Assembly (NCBI RefSeq): GCF_964355755.1
Contig: NC_092673.1
Span: forward strand, 13,116,948 to 13,180,947
DNA: 64,000 nt
Direction of reading: 5' to 3'
Source of the DNA: Antedon mediterranea
Lineage: Eukaryota; Animalia; Echinodermata
A model generated the notes under the pieces. That model worked only from the letters and a program-made list of their open reading frames with translations, had not been told where the DNA came from and did not search any database. Shown piece after piece: positions 27,387 to 40,520 of this stretch. Made by a program: the position numbers and the translations under genes. Each line of letters begins with the position of its first letter. The first letter of the stretch is position 1.

Positions 27387-27780
27387 GTTTAAATGTTAAG
27401 AAAACTGAATACATGATAATAGGCTCAAGACAAAAAATATCAAACATATCTAATTTACATGAACATTGATGGGGAGCCTATCACTCGTGTTAATCAATGC
27501 AAACATCTTGCTGTAATTCTTGAATCTTTCTTGGTCCTCACAAATTAATCATGTCAAATCTAAGGCATTGCAGAGCTTGTACTATCTAAAAAAGACTAGC
27601 AACATTCTTCCAATTGATGTTCAATCTAAACTATATAAATCCCTCATGGCTCCACATCTTGAATATTGCCACGTTGTTTGGGGTCGCTCAAATCAAATTC
27701 AAAGTCTTCAAAACCGGGCACCAAAAATGATTACAAACAGATCAAGAAGTGACTCTAGTACACAAGCTCTGCAAGCCTTA
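27387..27780 (+). mobile_element. L2/CR1 LINE RT fragment, duplicated copy
   Basis: ORF 27520-27783 equals ORF 15953-16222, including the 15-bp deletion; cut by the Academ TIR at 27781. Confidence 0.8.
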
Positions 27781-30384
27781 TAGTAGGCATGTTAAGGTGC
27801 ATATTTTAGGCAAATCCTTCAAATTGTGATAACATTTTGAAACTTTGCACAGTTATTCATTAGGGTGTCAAAAATATGAAATGAAAGGGTTGCACAAAAT
27901 TTGGTCAGGGGAAAGCCGCCATTTTGGATTTCAAAATGGCGGACCTCAAATTTTCACTTGTCAGGTATATCTCTGCTAAAGAGGCACCTAGAGTTCTGAT
28001 TTTAAATGCAAAATATATGGTAATGGGTCACCAAACATATTGATATAATTAACATTTGATTGCATGGTGGCCATGTTGGATTTCAAAATGTCGGACTTCA
28101 AATTTTCACTTTTCAGGTATATCTCTGCTAAAAAGGCACCTAGAATTCTGATTTTAGGTGCAAATTATAATTATGGTAATGGGGTCACCAAACTATCTCT
28201 GCTAAAAAGGTACACAGTGCTCTGATTTTAGGTACAAATTATATGGTAATGGGTCAACAAATATATTGGTATTTAACTAACATTTTGATTGCATGGTGGC
28301 CATTTTGAATTTCAAAATGGCAAGCTCAAAATGTTTCAGTACGGTACCTACAGTTATAATTTTAGGTACAAAGTATAATATGGTATTGAGGTCTTGATAA
28401 TCTGTGTCACTAACATCCCCTACAGACAATGACATCGTCTAAAATTCCTTTCCTTGAACAGATTAAGTTGTATCACAACTGCTAAAGGAATGAAAGAACA
28501 AGTAAGCGACTGATGCTTGTGATCCAAGAGAAGTAATCTTGTGTATTGAGATATACTTCAAGTGCTTCCCCACTCCAAACTCGATCCAAAGCTCGTGGAT
28601 GCCAGGTATTCTGTGGAAAGTTGACAATGAAATAACAACAACATCACTGTCTACAGTCTTGACAAGAAAACCAAATCTGGTCGCGTCACTGATCGAAGCT
28701 GATGGTCTATATATGGTTGTACGACAAAATGAAGCACCATTAGTTGCTGCCAAGGTGTTAGATGGACCAGCAATAATCAATATGCTCAGGCCCAATGATT
28801 CGAAGACATTCATTGAGTATATATCAAGTGTCATACAACCATCAACTTCGATCAGTGACACGACTAGATTTGTTTTTCGATAGATACTTTAACGACAGTT
28901 TAAAGTCTGGTACGCGTTCAAACCGCGTCTCTGGTGTAAGGAGGGTTGTTAAAGCCAGCGGGAGCATGCCCAACAATTGGCCCAAATTTTTTAGATTTGA
29001 TGACAACAAATCAGAGTTGTTTTCATTTATTGTAACTGAAGTAGTAGAGAACATTGGCACAAATCACGGAATGTTTGTAGGGTCTTTGGGAGACAGAGCT
29101 GTAACAAACCAGTAAATATACAATCGCTGATGCCATGTAACATAGAAGAGGCAGATGAACGTATGCTTGTTCACGTTAAACTTGCTGCTGAAATTTTCTA
29201 CGCATTGTCAAGACTGTACACAGTGATGTTGTTGTCAGCTTTCCAAAGAATACCTGGCATCCACGAGCTTCGGATCGAGTTTGGAGTGGGGAAGCACTTG
29301 AAGTACATCCCAATACACGAGATTTCTTCTTCTCTCGGATCACAAGCATCAGCCGCTTACTTGTTCTTTCATACCATTAGCAGTTGTGATAGAACTTCAT
29401 CTGTTTAAGGAAAATGTAAAGCTACATTTAACGAGACTTTGAAAAGGATGCCGTGTATGACTCCAGTTTTTGAGAGGATGTCATTGTCTTTAGGGCATGT
29501 TAGTGAAACAGACACAGATTATCTAGAACAGTTTGTTGTAACTATGTCTACTGCAAAACATTTAATGATGCAAGACGATATCTTTTTACAACAAGAGAAA
29601 GACTATTGAAAATATCCCCCAACATCTGCGGCATTAAGAGAACATGTGAAACGGAAGCCAGGAAGTGGTACGACTGTCTAGATGCATTTAGGGTTGAACA
29701 GGATCTAGCGACGGCAACAAATTTAGTCCAGCTTGGAGTTCATTGCCGGAAATTTCAGATGTCACAAAGGTTTTAATTCGCTCTGGACACACCGACTGTG
29801 ATCTTGGATGTTGTAAATACAGAAAGAGTGATTTACGATGTACCGTACAGAGCTGTGTGGTTGCCAGGGAAAATGTGACCTACAATAAGTTTCAGTGTTA
29901 AATACATGTAATTATGAACATAAACAAATAGTGTAAAGCCAGTACGGGTTGAGCTACATTCAAAATGGCCGCCATGCAATCAAAGACGTTATACTAATAT
30001 GTTTGTTGACCTCAATACTATATTATACTTTGTACCTAAAATTATAACTGTAGGTACCGTACTGAAACATTTTGAGTTCGCCATTTTGAAATTCAAAATG
30101 GCCGCCATGCAATAAAAATGTCAGTTAAATACCAATATGTTTGGTTACCCATTACCATATAATTTGCACCTAAAATCAGAACTCTAGGTGCCTATTTAGC
30201 AGAGATATACCTGAAAAGTGAACAATTTGGGTCCGCCATTTTGAAATCCAAAATGGCGGCTTTCCCCTGACCAAATTTTGTGCAACCCTTCCATTTCATA
30301 TTTTTGACACCCTAATGAATAACTGTGCAAAGATTCAGAATGTTATCACAATTTGAAGGATCTGGTCACTTAACAGGCCTACTA
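27781..30384 (+). mobile_element. Internally deleted AcademX element with long TIRs
   Basis: Termini TAGTAGGCATGTTAAG ... CTTAACAGGCCTACTA. About 375 bp at the right end is inverted relative to the left end, which has internal repeats. Interior encodes XPG/FEN1-like motifs (VLDGPA, FDRY, NKSELF, CNIEEADERM, TVDSDV, SCD) and a degenerate Cys-rich C-terminus. Confidence 0.85.
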
Positions 30385-31369
30385 TCGCTGGTTAATACAT
30401 CACAGTGAGTTCTGTGTGTAGGTCTACGTATTTGTACAAAATCAACACAAACCAATTCTTTATTGAAATAATAATAAAGACATAATAAGACAGTAGAACC
30501 GTAATCCATAGCCATAATATTGGCAGGGGTTTGAGGCTCACTCGCTCCATTGTTGTGATGGTAGAACGATTCGTCTTGTTAATTTTGAGGGCTGTAAGTC
30601 ACTAGTATATCTTGTAAATTTTAAACCAAAAAAAAATATTGTTTATGTGTATTGGCATGTTTGTTTGTTATCTGAATAAAAAATAATGGATGAATTTTCA
30701 ATAAGAAGTCTTTAATTTTATTATTGTATGTATACCCTAATTGTTTTGGTGTTTCACTGTAAGTGGCCGAGTTTCACGCAACAAACTTGTTTAGAAATGG
30801 TATGAATATTATCATCAGTGTACTAGCTAGGCTAGTAGTACTAGGCTATAGCCTAGGCCTAGGCCTAGGCCTAGTCGTAACACGATTCCGGACCAACTTT
30901 AGGCCTAGTTAACTAGGCCTGGTGTCTTTACTATGTGGATTTTGGCGAAACATTGATGTAAGATTTATGATTTATAAAATGTAATACATTTTTCGATAGT
31001 GATAACTTGTTTTTATAGTCCTACCGGTGCCGTGTAAGTAACTTTTTCGTTGTTTGTTGATCTCACCGGGCGATATTTTCATACTGTGATGTCTTGCACA
31101 AAATCGCGAATATCTCGACTTTCTTGCGCGAAACTACGAAAAACTCAAAAAGTGCGTTACTTTCATTTTACTATTACGATTTATATATTGCGATTTGAAA
31201 ATCGTTCTTGGTACCATTGTAAAGCTAAAATCTTTATGATTATTTTAGTCTAAATTAAATGTAAATCAGATCACATACATAGTTTCAATCAGCTTTAATA
31301 AAAACATCGAATTGGGCTATAAACGCTGGCGGTGGCAGTTTCTAACTGGAAAAACCTCTGGCAGTCAAA

Positions 31370-34300
31370 GTGTTAAAAGATTCAACTTCTAATGAATGCG
31401 AAGATGACAGAGATTCCGATTATGTTCCTGAGACAGATGATAATTGCACTGTTTCTCATGATATAGCTAATGTGTTCGGCACAAACAGTACAAGATCACA
31501 GAAGGAGAAATTTTTCAACCAATCTCGAATAACTGTACTAACAACATCGAATAAGGAAAAACGTGTGTGGGATAAACCCCAATACTGTCTCTATTGTAAC
31601 CTACCACAAATGAAACTACCGCGCCATCTCAAATCTCAACACTATGGTGAAATAAAAGTTCAACAGTGGGATGCAACCAAATGTAAAAAAGAAAAGGCAA
31701 GACAATTGACTTATATGAGGAACTACTGTTAAACTTCTTACACAATTCTAGGGTACTGCAAGAGGGTAAAGGTGTATTACTTGTTATACACCGGCCATCA
31801 TACAAAGTCAACCCTCATGAATTCCTTCCATGTAAGGATTATTATGGGTTCTACAGTAAACGAGATTTGTGGAAACACAATTGCAGTCAAAGACAGGAAA
31901 TCAATGCTGGCAAAAACAAATTGAAAAAGAAGAGAAGAAGTCTGCATTGTAAGGCAAGTCGGTTGATGCTACCAAGTATTCCAGGTGTGTCTCAAAGAAC
32001 AAATGATATTCTTTTAAAGATGACTAATGACCAGGTTTCGCGTCATGTTAAATGTGACAGTTTGATCAAAAAAATTGCAGAAAAACTTGCCATGAAGCAT
32101 GGAAATTCTAAAGATCAAGAGAGGTACATTAGACAAAGGACAAGGGAGATTAGCAGAATGGTTCTTGAATACAGATTATTGACTGATGAAAAAAATGCTA
32201 TGTTAAATGACATAATTTGCCCATCAAAATTTACTTATATCACACAAGCAACTAAGCGTGCAGCAGGTTTTAATGAACAAACAAATTTGTATAATACTCC
32301 AAGTCTTGCCATTAAAATAGGGCATAGCATCAAAGATTGTACTGAAATTCTAAGAGGAGAGGCACTGATGTCAAGCGATGAAGTTTTAGAAAAAAAATGC
32401 ACATCACTCTTATCCCTATATTCGTTACACTGGGCGGACAAAGTTAGTCATCACGCACTTTGAAGTCGCCATGAAGGTAGACGAAACAACCCCAAGCTCC
32501 TCCCCCTAACAGATGATGTTGTAAAACTTTCCAAGCATTTGAAGGAGGAAATTAAAGTCAGGCAAAATAACCTACAAAAAGCAAAAGGCGACAATATAAA
32601 AAGAAAATGGAAATTGTTCGCTGAAGCATTGCTCACTCAAGTTGTAGTGTTCAATCGTAAACGACCAGGTGAGGTCTCAAAGATGACACTCTCCAATCTC
32701 ATGAAATGTGCAAGTGGTGAAGACAGTATACTTGATGGGGCATTGACTGAATGGGAAAAGGCATTGTGTAGAGTACTGTGGAGAGTTGAGATAATTGGAA
32801 AGCGGTCTAGAACTGTTCCTGTATTACTGACATCCTAAATGAAGAATGCTATGGATTTCCTAACATCAAAACGTCTTGCAGCTGGTATTGCTGATAGCAA
32901 CAACTATGTTTTTGCTCTCTCTGGTGACGGCCACTTAAGAGCTTGTGATGCTATTCGTGAAATATCTACTCAGTGTGGAGCTCAGCATCCTGAGTATCTT
33001 CGAGCAACGCGCTTAAGAAAACAGATTGCTACAGTATCACAGATCATGAATTTAAAGGAAAATGAATTGGATATTCAGGCTAATTTCTTGGGCCATGATA
33101 TTCGCACACATAGACATACAGGCTTCCTAATTCAACATTGCAGCTAGCCAAAGTTTCTAAACTACTCTTGAAAATGGAAAATGGGGACCCAAAGGATCTA
33201 GCAGGTAAAGGTTTTGAAGATATAGAAGTGGATCCTAATGAAGGTATGTTGATTTGGTTATTACAGCAGATACAATATTTACAACGCAAAATGTGTTTTT
33301 AACATAGATAGACATTAACAAAAAAACATTGCTATATAATTACCAAATCCAATGTCTGCTACAGGCAGTAAAAAAAAGACAATGTAAAAAGTTTAAAAAT
33401 CTACATCAAACACAGTAGAATACCAAAACATAATGCATTTATATACAGTATTATCAGTATACATACTTTCTGTATGAGTGAGGAATGTCATATTTTCTGA
33501 TTATATACTTGCTGGTGAATATCATACAGTCACAGAATATCAAATGACATTACAACAATGTTAAGAGACTGAATAGAAAACACATGATATTGAACTGTAA
33601 AATAAGATTAACTTTGGCAACAGTCAAGTTGGCATATAATATATCTATATCTTCATATATATTCTGAATTAATCTATTTCCTTAATCTAAAAAAATGGTT
33701 TGTAAAAAACAATACAAATGTTTTCAAATAAAAGCATTAGCCATTGTTCAGCTTAACTCATATTCCATTAATATTAAGGAGGTCTATTCCAGTAATTATT
33801 GTGCAGTGCTTCTCCATGCAACAAGAAATAATTGGATATCAATAGGACTGCAATAATATAATATACTTTCATAATGTAGTGTGTTATATTTGCTATCTGA
33901 TTTTTCATATATTTTAACGGTGCTGAAGATTCATATTCTGAAGATTATTGTGTAAGGGTTAAGTAATTAGAGGCAGTAAAATGTAAAGCTCCATTCAATT
34001 AAACTTTATGGCATATGGATTTAATGAAAGCAATTTTTTATATTTTATTCCTACATCAAGTGATTGTTGTTATCATATTTCTGACACTCTCTTTAGTTTT
34101 AATAACTTTTTTGTTTTATTAGTTTGCAAATTAATTTTATTGACAGTTAAAAAAATAATACATTATTAAACTGTAAAACATTTGCTTGTTAAAAGAATAA
34201 CATGTTATTGTTTAGTTGATGTACATTAACCATCAACCATAATACAATAATTTATACACAAAACTAATCAAGTACTAATTAACATCAAAATCCATTTTAA

Positions 34301-34562
34301 AGTTTCCTTAAGGTGTAGTAGATACAATATGTCAGATTGAATGTTTTCCTTTCATTTTTTTTGTTGCTACACCATTTTTTTAGTTAAAAATAATGATGGA
34401 TGCAAAGAAAAAAAGATATTTCGGTTGAAGAAAGTCTGGACAAAACAGGAAAAACAGGCTGTTGCATCTTACCTAGGATCATCACTGTCATGGCGGAACA
34501 TTCAGGATTTCATCGGCAATCAAATAAGAAAAAATGATCCAATGAGCTTCCTTAAAAAATAA
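31370..34562 (+). pseudogene. Tyrosine-recombinase gene of a CryptonV-like element, disrupted, with a distal exon (~34384-34562)
   Basis: N-terminal CLYC...LPRHLKSQH and LPC...LWKH; TPSLAIKIGHSI; catalytic-type FNRKRPGEV, GKRSR, TRLRKQIAT, FLGHD, H..YRLP. Stops at 32461 and 32836, frameshifts near 31730 and 33113. GT donor near 33245; terminal exon KVWTKQEKQAV...SWRNIQDFIGNQI. Confidence 0.78.
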
Positions 34563-34578
34563 CCAAAAATAAGGATTC

Positions 34579-34811
34579 TGAAAATGAGATTTCATGTGAC
34601 TAAAAGAGTAGTGAAAATGAGATTAATCATGTGACAAAAAGAGTAGTGAAAATGCGATTATTCATGTGACTAAAAGAGTAGTGAAAATGAGATTATTCAT
34701 GTGACTAAAAGAGTAGTGAAAATGAGATTAATCATGTGACTAAAAAAGTAGTGAAAATGAGATTATTCATGTGACTAAAAGAGTAGTGAAAATGAGATTA
34801 TTCATGTAACT
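34579..34811. repeat. 35-bp minisatellite, ~6.5 copies
   Basis: Unit gtgaaaatgagattattcatgtgactaaaagagta repeated head to tail with no spacers. Confidence 0.95.
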
Positions 34812-35536
34812 ATATAATATAATGTGAAATATTATTAATTGTCGAGTCTATTTTATTATAGGTCTATATACTCTACAGGCCAGTTAGTACATTTGCCGGC
34901 TACACATGCATAATAAATAAGTGTAATTTAATCTTGAATGAAAGGTTAGGCCTACACTAATTAATTAGGGCCTACTACAGTATACCTCCCTTATAAATTA
35001 TTATTAGATAGTAGGCCTAGTCGTTGTGTTGATGTTTATTTAATATTGATAAATAACTTTAGCAATAATTACATTGTATGAAACTTTTTAAAAAATCCAA
35101 TCCTTTTCTCCTTTTTTTTTTGAATTTGTAATTTTGTAATATATTGTTCCATATGGACAGTTCTGTCTGAAATAAAGTTGAATTGAAATTGAATTGATTG
35201 GTATTGTAATTTTGTTTTAGATTCATGCTGAAGAATTTTAGTAATAAGTGTTTCCATGGGGCCTTTATATTTAAGTTTAACAATTTTAATTTATACAGTA
35301 TTTGTTTGCGTAAAAAAATATTAGGATGCAGAATATTTCATTATTTAATTAAAATATAAGCAATTCTGCTTAAATACGTATTCAATTTTATAATAAATAA
35401 TTATTGTTATTATTTAAATATTATTTATAATTAATAACTACCTAGGAGTACAGTAAGAATTGAATATTTTTTTTTAATCACTGAAATACTAATTCTATCA
35501 TTTTAAATCAAAACAACTGAACTTCTTTTTAAGTAG

Positions 35537-35757
35537 TAAGATAAGATAAGATAAGATAACTTTTATTGATCCTCAACAAGGAAATTCATTGCTCGTCATA
35601 ATAACAAAGAAAACACAATAAAAACAAATATAGCATAAAACCATTCATATAAAAACATCTAAAAAATTACAAGATAAAATTATCTTCTTCACTTCCTGTT
35701 GTACTGGATGATACCGGAGGGAATAAAGGATTTAGCAAATCGATTCGTTTTCACACT
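35537..35757 (-). mobile_element. LINE 3' end (Rex1/CR1-like) with (TATCT)n tail
   Basis: Minus strand encodes SVKTNRFAKSFIPSGI, followed by UTR and a (tatct)n tail. Confidence 0.6.
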
Positions 35758-36118
35758 GTAGTACTAACTACAGTAATAAAGAGGCCTAAACTGAAGCCAG
35801 GCCAAATTAAATAGCTTAACTAGCTAGGCTAGCCGGTCAGTATTTAGTAGAGTAGGCCTAGTGATCGTCGATGCTTAAATTTTTTATTTTATTTATATCA
35901 CTATTTGGTTAATTCGATGAATAAAGCATTGTGGAAGATCCGCATTATATATTATTAAGCTTTAAAAAAATAAAAAGACTATTGATTGTACTATTTTATG
36001 TTACGGTATCGCGCTGGGATTTTCCCTTCGTTTTATCGTCTGACTACTGACAAACGACGACGAACAACTCGGTAGTTTTTACTAGGGCTAGCTGCTGTAG
36101 TATAGTAATAACGCGACG

Positions 36119-37009
36119 ATGGACAGCAAACGTAGGCCGACATTCACCGAAACTGAAAAAAATAAGCCTTATAGAAGCTTTCTCATTCAAAAAAGACATT
36201 TTGAACTCCAAATTTTCGTCGAGAGTTTCGTTGCATTCAAAGGCTGAGTCATGGAAAGAAGTTTTAAATAGCGTAAAGGCCGTAAATGGAGAGATCAATC
36301 GAACCGTCGACGAGATTTTTTAAAAATGGAAAAATTTATTGGCAGATGCCAAAAAAGACTTGAATCGTCCAAAAAATCCTCCTACTGGAGGGGGTCCACA
36401 ATTTGTTATGTCAAAATGTAGTGAGATGGTAATCAATGTCTACGGTGGGGAAGACTCCAGTTTGTTTGCTGGTTTATCCAGTGGAGTTGAAAGTTCAATT
36501 GGGAGTCGGTCAGCACTATCATCAGCAGCAGGTGTGTATTTTTTTTTTAATAGGGCTAGGCTTAGGCATATTCATAAGCCTAGAGGTCCTAGGCCTATAT
36601 GTTATGAATTTGGTCACACAGGTGACTAATTCAAATTGTAAAATCAAGGCCTATGTATTGCAAACATTGTTAACATAGTTGTAAACAATAATAATATTAA
36701 TTTTAAATATTTTTTATACAATAGCAAATGACGATAATAAATGAGTTTCATTTATTTTAAGGACCATCATCATCATTAGAGCTTCCTACCAATATTCCCT
36801 CGACATCTCAAGAACCAGCAGAGCCGAAGAGGAGAAGAACGAAACATGGTGATGATGATGACACATACCAATCTTTTTTAAAGTGGCAGACGGTATTAGC
36901 TCAGAAGAAAGTGGAGAAAATTGAATTGGAGAAAATTAAACTAAATGAAGAGGCCAAAAAATTAGAGCTAGCTGTATTGCAGTCCCAAGTTACAATTTTT
37001 GAAGAATAA
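36119..37009 (+). pseudogene. Harbinger Myb/SANT-like DNA-binding protein gene, two exons, disrupted
   Basis: MDSKRRPTFTETEK..LIEAF..KKDIL...KAESWKEVLNSV...RTVDEI.*KWKNL...PTGGGP; +1 frameshift in the A-run near 36160 and TAA at 36321; intron ~36532-36761. Confidence 0.75.
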
Positions 37010-38221
37010 TTCATTTCAATTGGTGTTTACAAATAATTTAAAAATCGTTAATATTGTAATTTATATATAATATATAATATATTATATAAATTACAATTTA
37101 TATACAATTTAAATATATACTGTATTTAATGAATAATTCATTAAATTTCTATTTGTCTTTACAAAAACACCAAATATTTTTAAAATCTTTAATATATTAT
37201 ATATCTATATATAAATTTACGTAAGGGCAAAATTCGGTAAACCGCGCGTTATTTCTAGAATGTTTACTCGATGGTATATAAAGTTGGTTAGAATCTCGGT
37301 ACTGATTTTAACCACCTGATGTAACTCTGTTTACTAATTAAATTTAGTTAGATAATTAGTTATTGACAATTAAAACGAATTTAGGTTCAACGATTTGCCC
37401 CAAATAGGGGTGTTTTCCAACCGTAGTATACACTGTCTAATGGAGTCCTCTTAAAAAATACCTGCACACAATAATACGAGGATACTTCGCATTTTCCTAT
37501 CTCCTCCTACGATAATTGTTTTTAATAGCTGAAAACCGGTTGAACAGCTCGAGTACAGTATCATAATGTTGAAGACAGGCCGATTTTCTTTAAAAAATAC
37601 TATTTTGATAGATTTAATATACGTTTATACAAATGTATTGATTTGCGATGAATGGAACTTTATTGTAAATACCATACATAACCATTTTTGGTCGCCATTT
37701 GAATCGAAATTTTCTTACTGTGAATGTGGTTACTGTTTATTGTATTAAGTAGTAATTATAAAAAATATAAACGTCGTAGTGGTGTATTGTTACATGTACT
37801 TTACTATTTCAATCGACTATAACAGGGACATTTTTAGTTTTTTGGACTCATTTTAAGACAAGTTTCTCCTTCGGAAGTAGGCCTAATTCCCAGTGTGCTA
37901 ATTTTAGTTGACTACATTAATTATCGTGTCTATTTATTCGTTTCTGAAAACGACAATGTATTTATAGTCCTGCGGTACGTACATTTGAAATCGGCAGTTT
38001 TTTTTTGTTGACTCCGCTCACTCACCATACCGCCGCCGTGCAGCGGGTGAATGTTTTTAAACGGGTAAAGGTGCGAGAGTAAACTAGCGCCGGCGCGATA
38101 GTCATAGTCTAAGCCTAGGTATAAATAATTATAATAAGTATTTACTAATTTTATACCTTCTTATTATCACTAAAAACTAAACAATATTATTATTGTAGTT
38201 GTGCTAATTATTACCGTAATA

Positions 38222-38693
38222 TTAATACTTACCAGAAAGATCGCCAGAAATGTTATGCATTGACCCACTTGCATAAAATCTAAGTGCTGTGCACACTTGG
38301 AGAACCGGTGGCACTGCATTATTCCTATTTGTTACATTCAAATCAATTGCTAGATTATCGCTAAGCGTCATTATAGTTTGCCGGTTGAACCAAAATTTTC
38401 TATATAATTCGTTGTCATCATATTTATCAAGCGGATGCAATCTATCGCGAAAAATACGACCTATTCTCTCTCGATAGCCTTGCACCGCGATAAAGTTCGC
38501 GATTTTTTTTTGTCGTCGCGACGAATTCTAAGCCTGCTAAGAGGAGGCTTAGAATCTAAGACCACGAAACGTCCTCTCGTAGGCTTAGACTTTATATTGC
38601 AAGAGGCTTTATTCTAAGACCTCCATTGAGGGCGGTATAAAGCCTAGGCTTAAGTCTAAGACCGCGGTTAAGACGCTTATTGCAATCCACCCC
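38222..38693 (-). mobile_element. Harbinger transposase first exon plus terminal TIR
   Basis: ORF 38222-38485 (-): RIFRDRLHPLDKYDDNELYRKF.FNR...AVPPVLQVCTALRFYASGS, HARBI1-like, ending at a GTAAG donor. Terminus GGGGTGGATTGCAATAAG (- strand) next to TGA/TCA. Convergent with the Myb gene. Confidence 0.8.
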
Positions 38694-38984
38694 TGATGGT
38701 AAAAACAGTGTGATAAACAACGTAGCTAACACTATGACAGATAGATGTGTAGTAAACAAAGTCGTCAATGCTCAACTTAGACAATCAAAGAAAAACAAGG
38801 AACTGACCAAATTTCACTGTGCAATGATTCTTTTGCTAAATCTATGCAAAATGTTTTAAAGAAATGGGAAAGTGAAAAATCATTAGAAGAATCAGAATCA
38901 TTTAAGCGTAGTATGAGCCAAACTTAGGCAATTATAACATCAGTATTATGAGGTTAATAAGCAATGCGGGGGATGGTGTTGTAC

Positions 38985-40520
38985 ATAGAAGAGGCCATGT
39001 AGGTAGAGGGGAGTAGACCCGGGTCTAGGTGGGGCTGGAGTAGGAAGGGGAGATGGGGATAGAGGGAGAGGAGCTCGTGCCCGAGAAGACGTGGTGGGAG
39101 AGCGGCTCTGGAGCGCCAGAGACATCAGAAGGAGCTTGATGGATGGCATCGTATGGACGAGCCATCTGGCTTCCCTATTCGACCTTTTTGGGGCCCCATA
39201 TCCGGGTATTCAGGAGGTATGGGGTCATGTCGACACCAATCAATTTTTTTTCCCTTTTTTAACCAAATTCTCTGGCAGATAATAGTGGAACAAACCAATC
39301 TTTACTTTAAGCAGAGGAAGCCAGGAACCCAATTTATGGAGCTGACAGCCAGGGAGCTTCAAGCCTTTTTTTGGTATGGTGGTGATGATTTCCATCAAGG
39401 GACTGACGGTGCTTGAGCACATCTGGCCGACACTTCTGTTCTTTCATGATGCTTCCTTGGCAAACATCATGCCTCGTGACCGGTTCTTCTGGATTCTATG
39501 GAACATGCACTTCAATAACAACAACGAAGCTCCAGATGATCCAGCTCAAGACCGTCTATTCAAGATCTGCCCTGTGATTCAACATGTTACCACGCAATTT
39601 CAAGTACAGTATAATCTGCACGAGTATTATGATGGTGATGAAGCTATGGTAACATTTCAAGGACGGCATAGGTAATTTATTTTTTTCACTTTATTTATCA
39701 ATATTATTTATATGCACAATTATATAATATCAAAACATTTTTTGATTGATTATATTAGTAAAAAAATAAATATGTAATACTGTACTCACAATTTTGATTT
39801 ATCTTCTAGCGGGAAGCAGTATGATCCATCGAAGCCAATTAAGGATTTAAAATGTGGACACTCGCGGATTCAATCTCGGATTATGTATACAACTTCGCTG
39901 TTTATACGCGACAATTTGGAAATCCAGACCATCGCGATCTTGGACGTAAAGAGTGATTATCAACCTCATCACTCCGGACCTTTACAACCTCAACTACAGA
40001 TTGTACTGTGACCGCTTTTATACATCGATGCCACTTCTACGTGACTTACAAGAAATCTGGATATATTGCTGCAAAACTGTTCAACGCGATCGACAAGGAT
40101 ATTCACCATAACTCAAACAACATGAAAACAAACATGGAGCGTGGAGAATTTCATTTCGCGAAACATGACAACGGAAAAAAACTCATCTATTTTCTCAGTA
40201 GCGTCCATTCAGGAGATCTACCCCCAACGGCTGTGACGCGTAATATAGATAATCGTGGAAATCGTGACAACATACCATGCCCACAAGCCACCGCAGACTG
40301 CAACGAGTACATGGGAGGGGTAGATCATGCGGATCAAATTAAATCGCGTCGCTGGTATATGCGTCTCTTTTGGCATTCGTTCGACACTTCCATATTCAAC
40401 GCCTTCATTCTACACAAGAAAACGCAACCTGCCACAGAAAAACATATCTCAAATCCAATTTCGTTATAAGCTCGCGAAGCAGAATAGGACGCCCATCCTA
40501 TACGCGTAGACCCAGGTCAC
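38985..40520 (+). pseudogene. Second piggyBac transposase copy (same family as 17207), truncated at both ends, intron 39672-39809
   Basis: ORFs 39153-39416, 39376-39675 and 40008-40469 parallel the first copy; same intron position; no TTAA/TIR ends seen. Confidence 0.87.

Larger units (their letters stand above)
16291..27780 (+). repeat. Tandem segmental duplication, copy B (with extra insertions and a ~1-kb deletion)
   Basis: Same order of segments as copy A, plus the 16327-20984 insertion and the 21961-24080 Sola fragment; lacks about 12620-13620 of copy A. Confidence 0.92.

Noticed and set aside
31370-33245. Prophage integrase or bacterial contamination
   Set aside because: Spliceosomal intron, Zn-finger-like N-terminus, no phage genes, embedded among eukaryotic TEs.
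34579-34811. 35-bp repeat of CRISPR-like length
   Set aside because: Head-to-tail with no unique spacers, no cas genes, eukaryotic context: a minisatellite.
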